From Myxococcales bacterium (GTDB taxonomy: Bacteria; Myxococcota_A; Polyangia; Polyangiales; DASUME01), in the NCBI GenBank assembly GCA_047601445.1, contig JASGJH010000001.1, positions 4,608,001 through 4,672,000 of the forward strand: 64,000 nt of DNA, written 5' to 3'. Below the pieces are notes generated by a model. It was given only the letters and a program-made list of their open reading frames with translations. It was not told the origin of the DNA and did no database searches. The position numbers were made by a program, and so were the translations under genes. Of the stretch, positions 41,073 through 50,537 are shown one piece after another; within the stretch, counting starts at the first letter, position 1, and each line of letters starts with the position of its first letter.

Positions 41073-41402
41073 TTACCCATCGTTCTTGCGCGACGTACGT
41101 CCCTGCGACGGGTCGGCTTCGTTGGCGTTCGGCTCTTCCGGCGCGTCGGGCTTGGCGCGAACCCCCGAGGACTGACGCACGCGGGGCGCATAGCCGACCG
41201 GTGCCGCCCCCAGCCTCTTCGAAGCGGGCGACGCGCCGCCAAGCATGGACGAAGCTTCACCGCCGATCGCGATCGTCCGCGCCGATGCCCAACCGCACAC
41301 GCACTTCCAGATCACGGAGAGGCCGCCCTCTCCGAAATGCTCTCGGCCGCTCAGCTCGCGTTCGCAGCTCGGGCAGCTTCGCGTGTGGTCGCGTTGGCTC
41401 AT
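41073..41402 (-). CDS. Small putative Zn-ribbon protein
   Basis: MSQRDHTRSCPSC..WKCVCGW followed by a low-complexity tail. Confidence 0.6.
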   Translation of the reverse strand: MSQRDHTRSCPSCERELSGREHFGEGGLSVIWKCVCGWASARTIAIGGEASSMLGGASPASKRLGAAPVGYAPRVRQSSGVRAKPDAPEEPNANEADPSQGRTSRKNDG

Positions 41403-41566
41403 GACGGTGACTTCGGTGTTAGCGCGCGCTCGCGCGGCTCGGATTGGCAGACACTTGGGGCGCGAGTCTTCACCAAACCGGGAGGGCCGGCAAATCCGCG
41501 CGCTCTGTTCGGATAAGCTTGCGACGAGGGTCGAACCCGGCAAGCTGAAGCTTTCGTCGTCCCTCC

Positions 41567-41705
41567 AAAAAAGGCAGCACCAACCCGCCGGCGGGAGCGA
41601 AACGACGTGCCGGAAACGGGAGGGCTCCCACGGCTTGCCTGTACGGGAAACCGGCGCGAAATCCCCCCTGGGCGGGCGGCGATCGGGAACTCCGTGGTGC
41701 CGCTG
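41567..41705 (-). ncRNA. Candidate structured sRNA or leader divergent from oxyR
   Basis: Nested helices whose G-U pairs work only on the minus strand, closed by a 9-bp stem and followed by T6. Family not recognised. Confidence 0.4.
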
Positions 41706-41785
41706 AAATGCGCGCGGCGCCGCTCTCAGCGCGCTCGAACACCGGGTGGAACGCCAGGCGGTGCCCATGCATTGGAACGCTCGAA

Positions 41786-41806
41786 ATGATAGATTTTTCC
41801 TATCAT
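41786..41806. promoter_or_regulatory. OxyR/LysR operator
   Basis: Perfect palindrome ATGATAG-ATTTTTC-CTATCAT (ATAG-N7-CTAT) overlapping the oxyR ATG. Confidence 0.85.
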
Positions 41807-42759
41807 GGAATCGGCGCCCCACCCCTTCACCTTGCGTCAGCTGCAGTACCTGGTGGCGGTCGCGGACACGCGGAGCTTTCGCGCTGCCGCCGAGCTGTGC
41901 CGCGTCGCGCAGCCGTCTCTGAGCACTCGAGATCGCCCAGGTCGAGAGCGCGCTCGGTGTGACCTTGTTCGAGCGAGAGCGAAGACCCGTGTTGGTCACG
42001 CCCGCGGGGGAAGCCCTGATCGCGCGTGCCCGCGCGCTGTTGCGCGGGGCGGACGACTTGTTGAGCGCCGCGCGTGCCTTCGAGGACCCCCTGGCCGGCA
42101 CCTTGAAGCTGGGCGTGATCCCCACCATCTCGCCCTATCTGTTGCCCGACGTGGCGCGCGCACTACGCAAGGAGCTGCCCAACCTGGAGCTGGTGTTCGT
42201 GGAGGACAAGACCTCCGTGCTGGTGAGCAAGCTGGAGCGTGGCGAGCTCGACGCGGCCCTGCTGGCCCTCGAGGCCGATCTGGGAGATCTCGAGCGCCTG
42301 CCCATCGCCCGCGACCCCTTCGTGCTGGCGGTGCCGCGAGACCATCGCCTGGCCAAACGCAAGCAGGCCGTGAAGACGGGCGAGCTGACGGGCGAACAGG
42401 TACTGCTGCTGGACGACGGGCACTGTTTCCGCGATCAGGCCCTGAGTTACTGCGAGCGCGCCAAGGTCGAGGAGCTCGGCTTTCGGGCCACCAGCCTGGC
42501 CACGTTGACCCAGATGGTGGCGGGCGGGCGCGGCGTCACGCTGCTGCCCTCGTTGGCCATCCCCATCGAGAATCGGCGCGGAGATCTGACCATCTTGAGG
42601 CTGACCGCACCGGAGCCGGCGCGCACCTTGGGCTTGGCCTTTCGGCCAGGCTCACCGCTGAAGGCGCGCTTCGCCAAGGTGGCGGAGGTGATCGGCCAGG
42701 CGGCGCAGCCGGCCTTGGCCAACCAGCCGAGAACCCGAGAACGTCGCGCGCCTGTCTAA
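41805..42759 (+). CDS. oxyR: OxyR-like LysR regulator (+1 frameshift at about 41929)
   Basis: TLRQLQYLVAVA..QPSLS HTH; GVIPTISPYLLP; DGHCFRDQALSYC with both redox Cys; ATSLATLTQMV. Removing G41929 restores LSTQIAQVE. Confidence 0.88.
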
Positions 42760-42789
42760 ACGGGGAGGGACCTGCCCCTCTGCGCAAAC

Positions 42790-43893
42790 TCACCACTGCA
42801 GGAGCACGGCCTCGACGCTGAAGCCGGGTCCCGTGGCGAGCATGACGCCGTAGCTTCCCTTCTTGGGCCTGAGCGTGGTGCGCATCTCGTCCAACACGAA
42901 GAGCACCGAAGCGGACGACAGGTTGCCGACCTCGGCCAAGCTCTTGTGGGTCATGGCCAGGCTCTCCGGGGCGAGGCCGAGGCCTTCGCTGACGGCGTCG
43001 AGCACGGCCGGTCCGGCCGGGTGGGCGATCCAGGTTTGAATGCGATCTCGGGTCAGGCCATGGGCGGAGAGCAGAGAGTCCACGACCTCGGGCACGCCGT
43101 TGCGCGCTAGCTCGGACAAGTCTCCGCTGAGCGCGATGCGGAAGCCGGTGTCGACGACATCCCAGCCCATGGCTCGCTCCGTGTCGGGAAAGAAGCGGGA
43201 GCGGCTGTCCACGATGCGCGGCGTGCTGCCCTCCGCCAAATGATGCTTGGCGCCGGCGAGCAACACTGCGGCGGCCCCGTCTCCGAAGAGTCCGCTCGAC
43301 ACGATGCTGGCCACCGATGCGTCCTGCGGCTGCATGGTGAGGGAACACAGCTCGACCGAGAGGAAGACCACCGTCTGACAAGGAAACGCCCGCAAGTACT
43401 CTGACGCCCGCGCGAAGCCCGCGGTGCCGGCGAGGCAGCCCAGGCCGAACATCGGGATGCGTTTCGTGGAGCGCGGGAATGGGATGCGGTTCATCAGCTG
43501 CGCGTCGAGCGACGGAACCGCCACACCCGTGACGCTGGTGGTCATGATCATGCCCACTTCGCTGGCGTCGACCTCGGCCTGCTCCAGCAACGACTTGATC
43601 ACGCGCTCGCCCATCTCGAGCGAGATCTCGCGCCAGGCATCGTTGCGCGCACCGAAGCCGGGCAGCTTGGCGTAGGCCTCGATGGGCAGCGCCAGGTAGC
43701 GCTCCTTCACTTGAACACGCTGGAAAAGTCGTTCGACCGCCTTGGGTTCTGCCGCCAGGGACGGGAAGATGTGCTCCACCGCCTGCGCCAGCTCCGCCTG
43801 CGCGTAGTGATGCCGCGGCAGCGCCGTGGCCGTGGCGGCCACAACCGGGTGGTGATGATCCTTGCGGTCGTGTGTCGTGGCCTTTTCCTGCAT
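42790..43893 (-). CDS. Type III polyketide synthase
   Basis: Catalytic triad GLGCLAG, HPAGP, GNLSSAS; VELCSL; LFGDGAAA; GPGF. Confidence 0.93.
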   Translation of the reverse strand: MQEKATTHDRKDHHHPVVAATATALPRHHYAQAELAQAVEHIFPSLAAEPKAVERLFQRVQVKERYLALPIEAYAKLPGFGARNDAWREISLEMGERVIKSLLEQAEVDASEVGMIMTTSVTGVAVPSLDAQLMNRIPFPRSTKRIPMFGLGCLAGTAGFARASEYLRAFPCQTVVFLSVELCSLTMQPQDASVASIVSSGLFGDGAAAVLLAGAKHHLAEGSTPRIVDSRSRFFPDTERAMGWDVVDTGFRIALSGDLSELARNGVPEVVDSLLSAHGLTRDRIQTWIAHPAGPAVLDAVSEGLGLAPESLAMTHKSLAEVGNLSSASVLFVLDEMRTTLRPKKGSYGVMLATGPGFSVEAVLLQW

Positions 43894-44177
43894 GAGCCAC
43901 ACCGAGTGCAGAATTCGTACCGCTGCGAATCAGAATTTCGCGGCGCGCGCAAGCTCCCCATTTCGCAACGGGCAAGCTCGGATCCGGGGGTCGCGGCGGC
44001 GGCTGAGGCAAGCTGCCTCGCACGAGGCGAGAAGCAACGCGCCTCGGCTGTCGCGCTACCAAAAATGTCATGTGCTTTCCTGGGCCTTCTGCTGGCTCAG
44101 TTCGTGCAGCTCGCGCCCGCGTGAGCGCGCTCGCGGGCGCACACTTCGAGAGCTGGGCTAGCGAAAGGGAGACGAGA

Positions 44178-44720
44178 ATGGCGGAGTTCGAAGGTCTCAA
44201 CCTGAGTTGGGTGCACGACAGGATGGCCATCGGAGGCGCCTTCGCCATGAGCAGTGTGCCCCGGCTCGCACAAGCGGGCGTGCGTCACGTAGTGGACCTT
44301 CGAGACCGCACGACGGACGATATCGCCGTGATGCTCGCCCACGGCATCGACTTCCTGCATCTGCCCACGCCCGACCGAGACAGCATCCTCAAGCCCGCGC
44401 TCCTGCGGGGTGTGCAATGGGTGGTGCCACGTATCCAGCGCGGAGAGCCGGTGCTCTTGCACTGCGAGCACGGCATGGGCCGCAGCGTCCTGTTGGGTCT
44501 ATGCGTGTTGGTTCGTCTGGGCATCCAACCCACCGACGCCATGCTCCAGCTCAAGCAAGCGCGTCCTTCGGCCTCCCCAAGCCCGCGCCAGATCGAAGCC
44601 TTCATCGAATGGTCCGCGCAGGAGCAGCGCCGCACGCCGAGCTGGGATGACCTGGCGCGCATCGCCTACAGCAGCGCGCTCTCGCTGCCGTCCAATCTGC
44701 TCGAGCGCGCCCAGGCCTGA
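44178..44720 (+). CDS. Dual-specificity/PTP-like phosphatase
   Basis: VVDLR, LPTPD, CX5R loop HCEHGMGRS. Confidence 0.9.
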   Translation: MAEFEGLNLSWVHDRMAIGGAFAMSSVPRLAQAGVRHVVDLRDRTTDDIAVMLAHGIDFLHLPTPDRDSILKPALLRGVQWVVPRIQRGEPVLLHCEHGMGRSVLLGLCVLVRLGIQPTDAMLQLKQARPSASPSPRQIEAFIEWSAQEQRRTPSWDDLARIAYSSALSLPSNLLERAQA

Positions 44721-45856
44721 GCCTCGAACTTGGCCGCAAGCTCCTCGTAGAGCTCGTGATGGCGCGCCCCGCTCTGATGCAAAGTGAGCCCGCAGGCTCG
44801 CTCGCGGGCTGCGTGGGCCAGCGCGTCGCGGCTCGTGCGCTCGCTGATCAAGACCTGTAGGGCCGCCAAGAGTTGCTGCTCGTCGTCGGGGGCCACGAAC
44901 ACCGCCACGTCCTCCCACACCTCGCGCAAGCTCGGGATGTCCGCCAGCACCAGCGCGCAACCGGAGCAGGCTGCCTCGAGCACCGCCATGCCGCTCGGTT
45001 CGTAGTGCCCAGGCTGCACGTAGATCGAAGCGCGACCGAACCAACCGGCGAGCTCGGCCCGCGAGAGCTTGCCGAGGCTGTGCATGCGACCGGGACTCAA
45101 GAGCTCCACGGCACGCGGTGCCGCGGGTGGGCGCTGCTGATCGTCGGCCACGTAGATCGGCCAGGGCAGCGTGAGACTCGCCTTGGCCAGCGCGGAGAGG
45201 TTGCGCCCGGGATCCCAGAGTCTGCCCGCCGAGAGCACGAGCTCCTCCTTGAGATCGGGCAGGTACGCCTCGGGATCGCAGCCGGGAAAGATCACCCGGG
45301 TGTCACGGAACGGACCGAAGTCGGCAAGCAACTGCTTGAGGCTGCTCTCGGTGGAGGTCACCACCATGTCGGCTCTGCGAAACCCGGGCATGACATGGGC
45401 CCGATAGTCCTCGAGGTGGGCCGCAGAGCGCGAGCCGTATACGGCCCGCCAGTAGGCGAGCGCGCACGCATGGGCGTGTACGACCACGGGAGCACGGAAC
45501 GGCAGCACCGCGTTCGCCGCCGAGTTCAGGTGAATCACGTCCGGGCGGTAGCGCTCTTCGAGCTGGAGCAGCACCTCCCCCGCGCGCTCCACGTCGTGCC
45601 AAGGATCCTCCATCCATTCCGAGCGCAGCGGCTCTTCGTAGACCGAGAGAGAAGGAATGGCCCAGACAGCACGATGCTGCTCCTGCGTGAGCCTCTTGCC
45701 CAGGCTGAGCAGCACGACCTCCACCCCGTGGTTGGCCAGGGCACGACTCAAGTCGAGCACGTAGTTCCACTGCGGCCCCACCGAGTCGGCGCTCATCAAC
45801 ACGCGACCCACCGGTCGAAAGGACCTGGCCAAGGTCTCACCTGTGTCGATGGACAT
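44666..45856 (-). CDS. Glycosyltransferase family 4
   Basis: RVLMSADSVG, AGRLWD, YEPSGMAVLEAACSGCALVLADIP. Confidence 0.88.
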   Translation of the reverse strand: MSIDTGETLARSFRPVGRVLMSADSVGPQWNYVLDLSRALANHGVEVVLLSLGKRLTQEQHRAVWAIPSLSVYEEPLRSEWMEDPWHDVERAGEVLLQLEERYRPDVIHLNSAANAVLPFRAPVVVHAHACALAYWRAVYGSRSAAHLEDYRAHVMPGFRRADMVVTSTESSLKQLLADFGPFRDTRVIFPGCDPEAYLPDLKEELVLSAGRLWDPGRNLSALAKASLTLPWPIYVADDQQRPPAAPRAVELLSPGRMHSLGKLSRAELAGWFGRASIYVQPGHYEPSGMAVLEAACSGCALVLADIPSLREVWEDVAVFVAPDDEQQLLAALQVLISERTSRDALAHAARERACGLTLHQSGARHHELYEELAAKFEAQAWARSSRLDGSESALL

Positions 45857-46151
45857 CTCCCGCCTCCAAGCAACGCTTCATCTGCAGACGTGGTTCGCAA
45901 GGTTCCACGCCAATCGACTTGGGATGGGGACTCTGCAGCATGCGTGCCGGTCCTTGGACGGAACACCAAGTAAGCCCGCGTTTGCGCGAGATCGGCCGTG
46001 AAAAGGGGCCCCTTGATGCGGTGGGCAGCGCGGCACGGAGCAGCGCTCGAACACTCGCCGCGCGCTCTCGGCTGGGGCGCGATTGCCACCGGGTGGGAGA
46101 CCAGGGGCAGATAGGCAAGTCGTCGCGCAACGGCACTGCTTCGTGCTCCGT

Positions 46152-46538
46152 TCAGACTCGCATGCGGCGCGCCGACGGGCGCCTCGGCGAGAGACGTGGT
46201 CCCTCGAAGGACTCCTCGCGCCAGGTGTCCCTGCCCTCGCGCAGCGCGCTACCGATGCAGTCACGCGACACGATCTTGTTGAAGCGACGATCGTCTCCGG
46301 TGTCGTCGTCGTCCTCGTGCAGAAAAGCGAGCCGGTGCGCGTCGAAGGCGCGAAACCAGTCATCCCACTCGAGCATCTCGAGCGACTCCTCCGCGTCGAC
46401 TCCCGGGAAGTCGATGCGCAGGATCCCGCGGCCCGAGGCGACATCACTCGTGTGTCTCACGTGGGCGGGAGTCCCGCCACGTTCCTCCACCCATGTGCGG
46501 ATCTCGTCGTGATCGGTCGTGATCTTCGCGGCTCCCAT
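46152..46538 (-). CDS. Small hypothetical protein (TTDHDEIR..WVEERGG family)
   Basis: RBS AGGAGG; TTDHDEIRTWVEERGGTPA..LRIDFP..WDDWFRAFD..FNKIVSR. Confidence 0.8.
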   Translation of the reverse strand: MGAAKITTDHDEIRTWVEERGGTPAHVRHTSDVASGRGILRIDFPGVDAEESLEMLEWDDWFRAFDAHRLAFLHEDDDDTGDDRRFNKIVSRDCIGSALREGRDTWREESFEGPRLSPRRPSARRMRV

Positions 46539-46566
46539 GTCGAACCTCCTGTGCGTCTCGTAACCG

Positions 46567-46582
46567 AGCAAGGGCGGTGCCA
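46567..46582 (-). promoter_or_regulatory. Sigma-54 (-24/-12) promoter
   Basis: Minus strand TGGCACCGCCCTTGCT with exact GG-N10-GC spacing, 28 nt upstream of ATG 46538. Confidence 0.85.
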
Positions 46583-46669
46583 GGGAGGAACAGCGGCCCG
46601 TACTTTGCAGTGCTCATCGATGCCGAAAGCTGGCGCTGCCGAGACCGAGCGCACAGAGGAGTGAGTGGC

Positions 46670-47756
46670 GTGCGCATTGCCCAAATCGCCCCATTGTTCG
46701 AGAGCGTGCCGCCCAGGCTCTATGGAGGCACCGAACGAGTCGTTTCGTACCTCACGGAGGACCTCGTTCGCCTCGGCCATGAGGTGACTCTGTTCGCCAG
46801 CGGCGACTCCGAGACGCGCGCACGGCTGGTGTCGGGCGCGCCGAGCGCCCTGCGGCTCTCGGCACGGGTGCCCCAAGAAGCGGGCATTCACGTGGCGATG
46901 CTGCGATCGGTGTACGCGCAACGCCACCGATTCGACATCCTGCATTTCCACGTCGACGACTGGCACGTGCGTGAGCCACGCCTGCTCGACCTGCCACACC
47001 TGACCACGATGCACGGACGGCTCGACTTGGCCGAGCAACTCGAACGCTTCCTGCCCTATCAAGACGAGCTGGCGCTCGCCTCCATCTCCGCCGCGCAGCG
47101 GAGACCGTTGCCGCACGCCAACTGGGTGGGCACGGTCCACCACGGCTTGCCGCTCGACCTCTACAAGCCTCGCTACGAGCACGGCCACTATCTGGCATTT
47201 CTAGGACGCATTTCTCCGGAGAAACGCGTCGACCGCGCCATCGACATCGCCGGACAGTTCGGCATGCCGCTCAAGAATCGCGGCCAAGGTCGACGACCTG
47301 GACCGTGAGTACTACGCGAGCTTGGCGAGCAAATTCGCGAAGCCCTGGGTGGAGTTCGTGGGCGAGGTCGACGAGGTCCAGAAGAACGAGCTCCTCCGCA
47401 ACGCCTACGCCTTGCTGTTCCCCATCGATTGGCCCGAGCCCTTCGGCCTGGTGATGGTGGAGGCCATGAGCTGCGGCACGCCGGTGATTGCCTGGGGGCA
47501 CGGCTCGGTACCGGAGATCGTCGATGACGGCGCGACGGGCTTCATCGTGAACAGCTTGCCGGGGGCGCTGCGCGGCTTGCATCGCGTGGCGCAGCTGGAG
47601 CGACGCCGGGTGGCCAAGATCGCGCGTGAGCGCTTCTCCATTCGACGCATGACGCTCGAGTACTTGCGTCTCTACGAACATTGCATCGCACTGCAGACGA
47701 TGCCCGTCCTAAACGTCGCTACCGGAGGAGGGCTGCATGCAGGACCGAGAAAGTAA
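46670..47756 (+). CDS. Glycosyltransferase family 4 (+1 frameshift at 47276-47277)
   Basis: RIAQIAPLFESVPPRLYGGTERVV; FLGRISPEK; WPEPFGLVMVEAMSCGTPV. Deleting one A restores LKIAAKVD. Confidence 0.9.
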
Positions 47757-49890
47757 GTACTACATCAAGCCCTCGACCGCGGCGCGCGACGAGCGCGTCA
47801 CGGTGCTCAAGCATGCCGACACCTTCGCGGTACTCGACCGCTTCGGCGACATCCACGGAGAGCACGGCATCTTCCACGAAGATACGCGCTTCGTGTCGAC
47901 CTGGGCGCTGCGCATCGAGGACCAACAGCCCTTGCTCTTGAGCTCGCAGCTGCAGGACCGCGACGGCACCATGACCGTCAACCTTACCAACCCGGACATG
48001 CAATTGGAGAGCGGCACCCGCTTGCCACGCGGCACACTGCACATCAATCGCCAGAAGTTTCTGTGGAATGGCGCATGTCACGAGCGACTGCACGTCTTCC
48101 ACTATGGCGACAAGCCCGTCACGGTGAAGTTGCGCATCGCGTTCGAGGCGGACTTCGCGGACATCTTCGAGGTGCGCGGCGCCAAGCGCGAGGCGCGCGG
48201 CAAGGTGCTCGAGCCGGTGTGCGACGGCAGCACCGTGGTCGTGCGCTACGAGAGCCTGGATCGCTACTCGCGCTCGCTTCGGCTCACCTGTTCCGAAGCT
48301 CCGAGCCAGATGCGGCGCCACGAGATCGAGTTCTCCCTGGCCCTCGCACCGTGTCACGAACGTGACCTCTACCTCTCGCTGGCCTGCGAATCAGGTCCCA
48401 TCCGTGGTGTACTGGTGGTGAACCGCTCGAGTCACGAGCGCGCCGCCAGCGAGCTGGCCGCCAAGCTGCGCAAGACGCGCTCGGAGCACTGCCAGATCAC
48501 CACCTCGAGTGCGCGCTTCAACGACTTCCTGCAGCGCTCCCTCAACGACCTCTCGATGATGACCACCGACACGCCCCAGGGGCCCTACCCCTACGCGGGC
48601 GTGCCCTGGTTCAGCACCGCGTTCGGCCGCGACGGCATCATTACCGCGCTCGAGACGCTGTGGCTCGATCCGAACCTGGCTGCGGGTGTGCTGCGTTACC
48701 TCAGCGTCACCCAGAGCACCGGCACCGATCCCTCGCGCGCCGCCGAACCGGGCAAGATCCTGCACGAGATCCGCAAGGGCGAGATGGCCAACCTGGGGGA
48801 GGTGCCGTTCGGGCGCTACTACGGCAGCGTCGACGCCACGCCGCTGTTCGTGATGCTCGCGGGCGCCTACTACGAGGCCACCAACGACCGCGGCTTGATC
48901 GAAGAGATCTGGCCCAACATCGAGCGCGCGGTGACCTGGATGGAGACGCTCGGCGACCGCGACGGTGATTGCTTCCTCGAGTACACCGCCGATCCAACCG
49001 GCCTCACCCAGCAGGGCTGGAAGGACTCGTCCGACTCGGTGTTCCACGCCGACGGCACCGACGCGCGCGGTCCCATCGCACTGTGCGAGGTGCAGGGCTA
49101 CGCCTATGCCGCCTATCGTCACGCCGCCGGGCTCGCCAAGCTGCTCGGCAGAAGAGAGCGAAGCGCCCACCTCGAGCGGCTCGCGAGCACACTCAAGGAA
49201 CATTTCGAGCAAACGTTCTGGTGCGACGATCTCGGCACCTACGCGATCGCCCTCGACGGCGACAAGCGACCCTGTCGTGTGCGCTCGTCGAACCCGGGGC
49301 ACTGCCTGTTCACGGGGCTCGCATCGCCCGAGCGTGCCGCAGTGATGGCGCGTACGTTGTTCGACGAGCGATCGTTCTCGGGCTGGGGCATCCGCACCAT
49401 CGCGCGCGGCGAGGCCCGCTACAACCCCATGGCCTATCACAACGGGTCCATCTGGCCCCACGACAACGCCATGATCGGCGCAGGCATGGCGCGCTACGGG
49501 TTTCGTCACGAGGCGCTGCGGATCCTGCTCGGGCTCTACGAGTCCACGCTCTTCTTCGAGACCAATCGCTTGCCAGAGCTGTTCTGCGGCTTTCCGCGCA
49601 CCGCCGCTGCCGGGCCCACCGTGTACCCGGTGGCCTGCTCGCCTCAGGCGTGGGCTTCGGGCGCACCGCTCATGCTGCTCAAGGCCTGCCTGGGGCTCAC
49701 CATCGACGCGCCCAACCGTCGCGTCCAGTTCTCGCATCCGGTGCTGCCCGCGTTCTTGCAGGAGCTCTCAATCCATCAGCTGCGGGTTGGCGACGTCAGC
49801 GTGGATCTGATCGTGCATCGCTACCCGGAAGACGTGGGCATCAACGTGGTGCGACGCACTGGCCCCGTGGAAGTGATCAACATCAAGTGA
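47737..49890 (+). CDS. Amylo-alpha-1,6-glucosidase / glycogen-debranching family hydrolase
   Basis: DFADIFEVRG, AGVPWFSTAFGRD, EPGKILHE, YYGSVDATPLF, QGWKDS, YHNGSIWPHDN, RLPELFCG. Confidence 0.93.
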   Translation: MQDRESKYYIKPSTAARDERVTVLKHADTFAVLDRFGDIHGEHGIFHEDTRFVSTWALRIEDQQPLLLSSQLQDRDGTMTVNLTNPDMQLESGTRLPRGTLHINRQKFLWNGACHERLHVFHYGDKPVTVKLRIAFEADFADIFEVRGAKREARGKVLEPVCDGSTVVVRYESLDRYSRSLRLTCSEAPSQMRRHEIEFSLALAPCHERDLYLSLACESGPIRGVLVVNRSSHERAASELAAKLRKTRSEHCQITTSSARFNDFLQRSLNDLSMMTTDTPQGPYPYAGVPWFSTAFGRDGIITALETLWLDPNLAAGVLRYLSVTQSTGTDPSRAAEPGKILHEIRKGEMANLGEVPFGRYYGSVDATPLFVMLAGAYYEATNDRGLIEEIWPNIERAVTWMETLGDRDGDCFLEYTADPTGLTQQGWKDSSDSVFHADGTDARGPIALCEVQGYAYAAYRHAAGLAKLLGRRERSAHLERLASTLKEHFEQTFWCDDLGTYAIALDGDKRPCRVRSSNPGHCLFTGLASPERAAVMARTLFDERSFSGWGIRTIARGEARYNPMAYHNGSIWPHDNAMIGAGMARYGFRHEALRILLGLYESTLFFETNRLPELFCGFPRTAAAGPTVYPVACSPQAWASGAPLMLLKACLGLTIDAPNRRVQFSHPVLPAFLQELSIHQLRVGDVSVDLIVHRYPEDVGINVVRRTGPVEVINIK

Positions 49891-49975
49891 AGCGCGCAGG
49901 TCACGGGAAAGCGCGCGCCCAGCCGCGCTCACGGGCAAAGCGCGCGCAGGGCGCGCGACGAGGAGGACACAGTCG

Positions 49976-50389
49976 ATGGGTAAGTCGAGCAAGCAGAAGA
50001 AGAAAGAGGCGAAGCAGGAGCCACCGCCGCGGGCTTTCCGGAGCTCACCGCCCACGGGCACCCAGCGCACGCTGCGTCACCGCGCGGAGACCGGGGAGCG
50101 CGACGAGACTTACGACCTGGTGAGCGTGCTCTACCACGCCCTCCAGGGCGCCGAGACATGCGGGATCTATCTGCGCGACGCCGAGGACGCGGACGACGAA
50201 GATCTGGCGGAATTTTTCGAAGACACGCGAGCGGAGCACGTGGCGCGAGCGACGCTGGCCAAGCAGCACTTGTTGAGCCGCCTGCTCGAAGAGGAGGAGG
50301 AGGACGAAGAAGAGGACGAAGATCAAGACTTTGCTGCGGAAGACGTCGACGACATCGAGGAGGGGCAGGAGCACGAGGACGACGGTTGA
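49976..50389 (+). CDS. Small helical protein with acidic tail
   Basis: RBS GAGGAGG; YDLVSVLYHALQGAE..YLRDAE..LAEFF; E/D-rich C-terminus. Confidence 0.75.
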   Translation: MGKSSKQKKKEAKQEPPPRAFRSSPPTGTQRTLRHRAETGERDETYDLVSVLYHALQGAETCGIYLRDAEDADDEDLAEFFEDTRAEHVARATLAKQHLLSRLLEEEEEDEEEDEDQDFAAEDVDDIEEGQEHEDDG

Positions 50390-50431
50390 GACGCGACGAG
50401 TGCTCGCTACCCCGCGTGGAGCGGGGCCCCG

Positions 50432-50468
50432 GGGGCGATGCGGCGTTGACCGCACCGCCCCTTTTCTT
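50432..50468 (+). terminator. Intrinsic terminator
   Basis: GGGGCGATGCGG-CGTTGA-CCGCACCGCCCC-TTTTCTT. Confidence 0.7.
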
Positions 50469-50537
50469 GGCTTTTTCGGGAGTCCGCGCGAATTCGGCCC
50501 AATCTGTGCGACAGATAGCTGGATTCTGGAGGACCTC

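Noticed and set aside
41600..41680. Cobalamin, ZTP, guanidine or c-di-AMP riboswitch
   Set aside because: Only short fragments resemble the consensus; the core motifs are missing.
45897..45912. Sigma-54-like TGGCGTGGAACCTTGC upstream of the minus-strand GT4
   Set aside because: GG-to-GC spacing is 11 rather than 10; viable only if there is an indel error.
49901..49947. Direct repeat TCACGGG(C)AAAGCGCGCGC twice
   Set aside because: Two GC-rich copies only; cannot tell an operator from local slippage.
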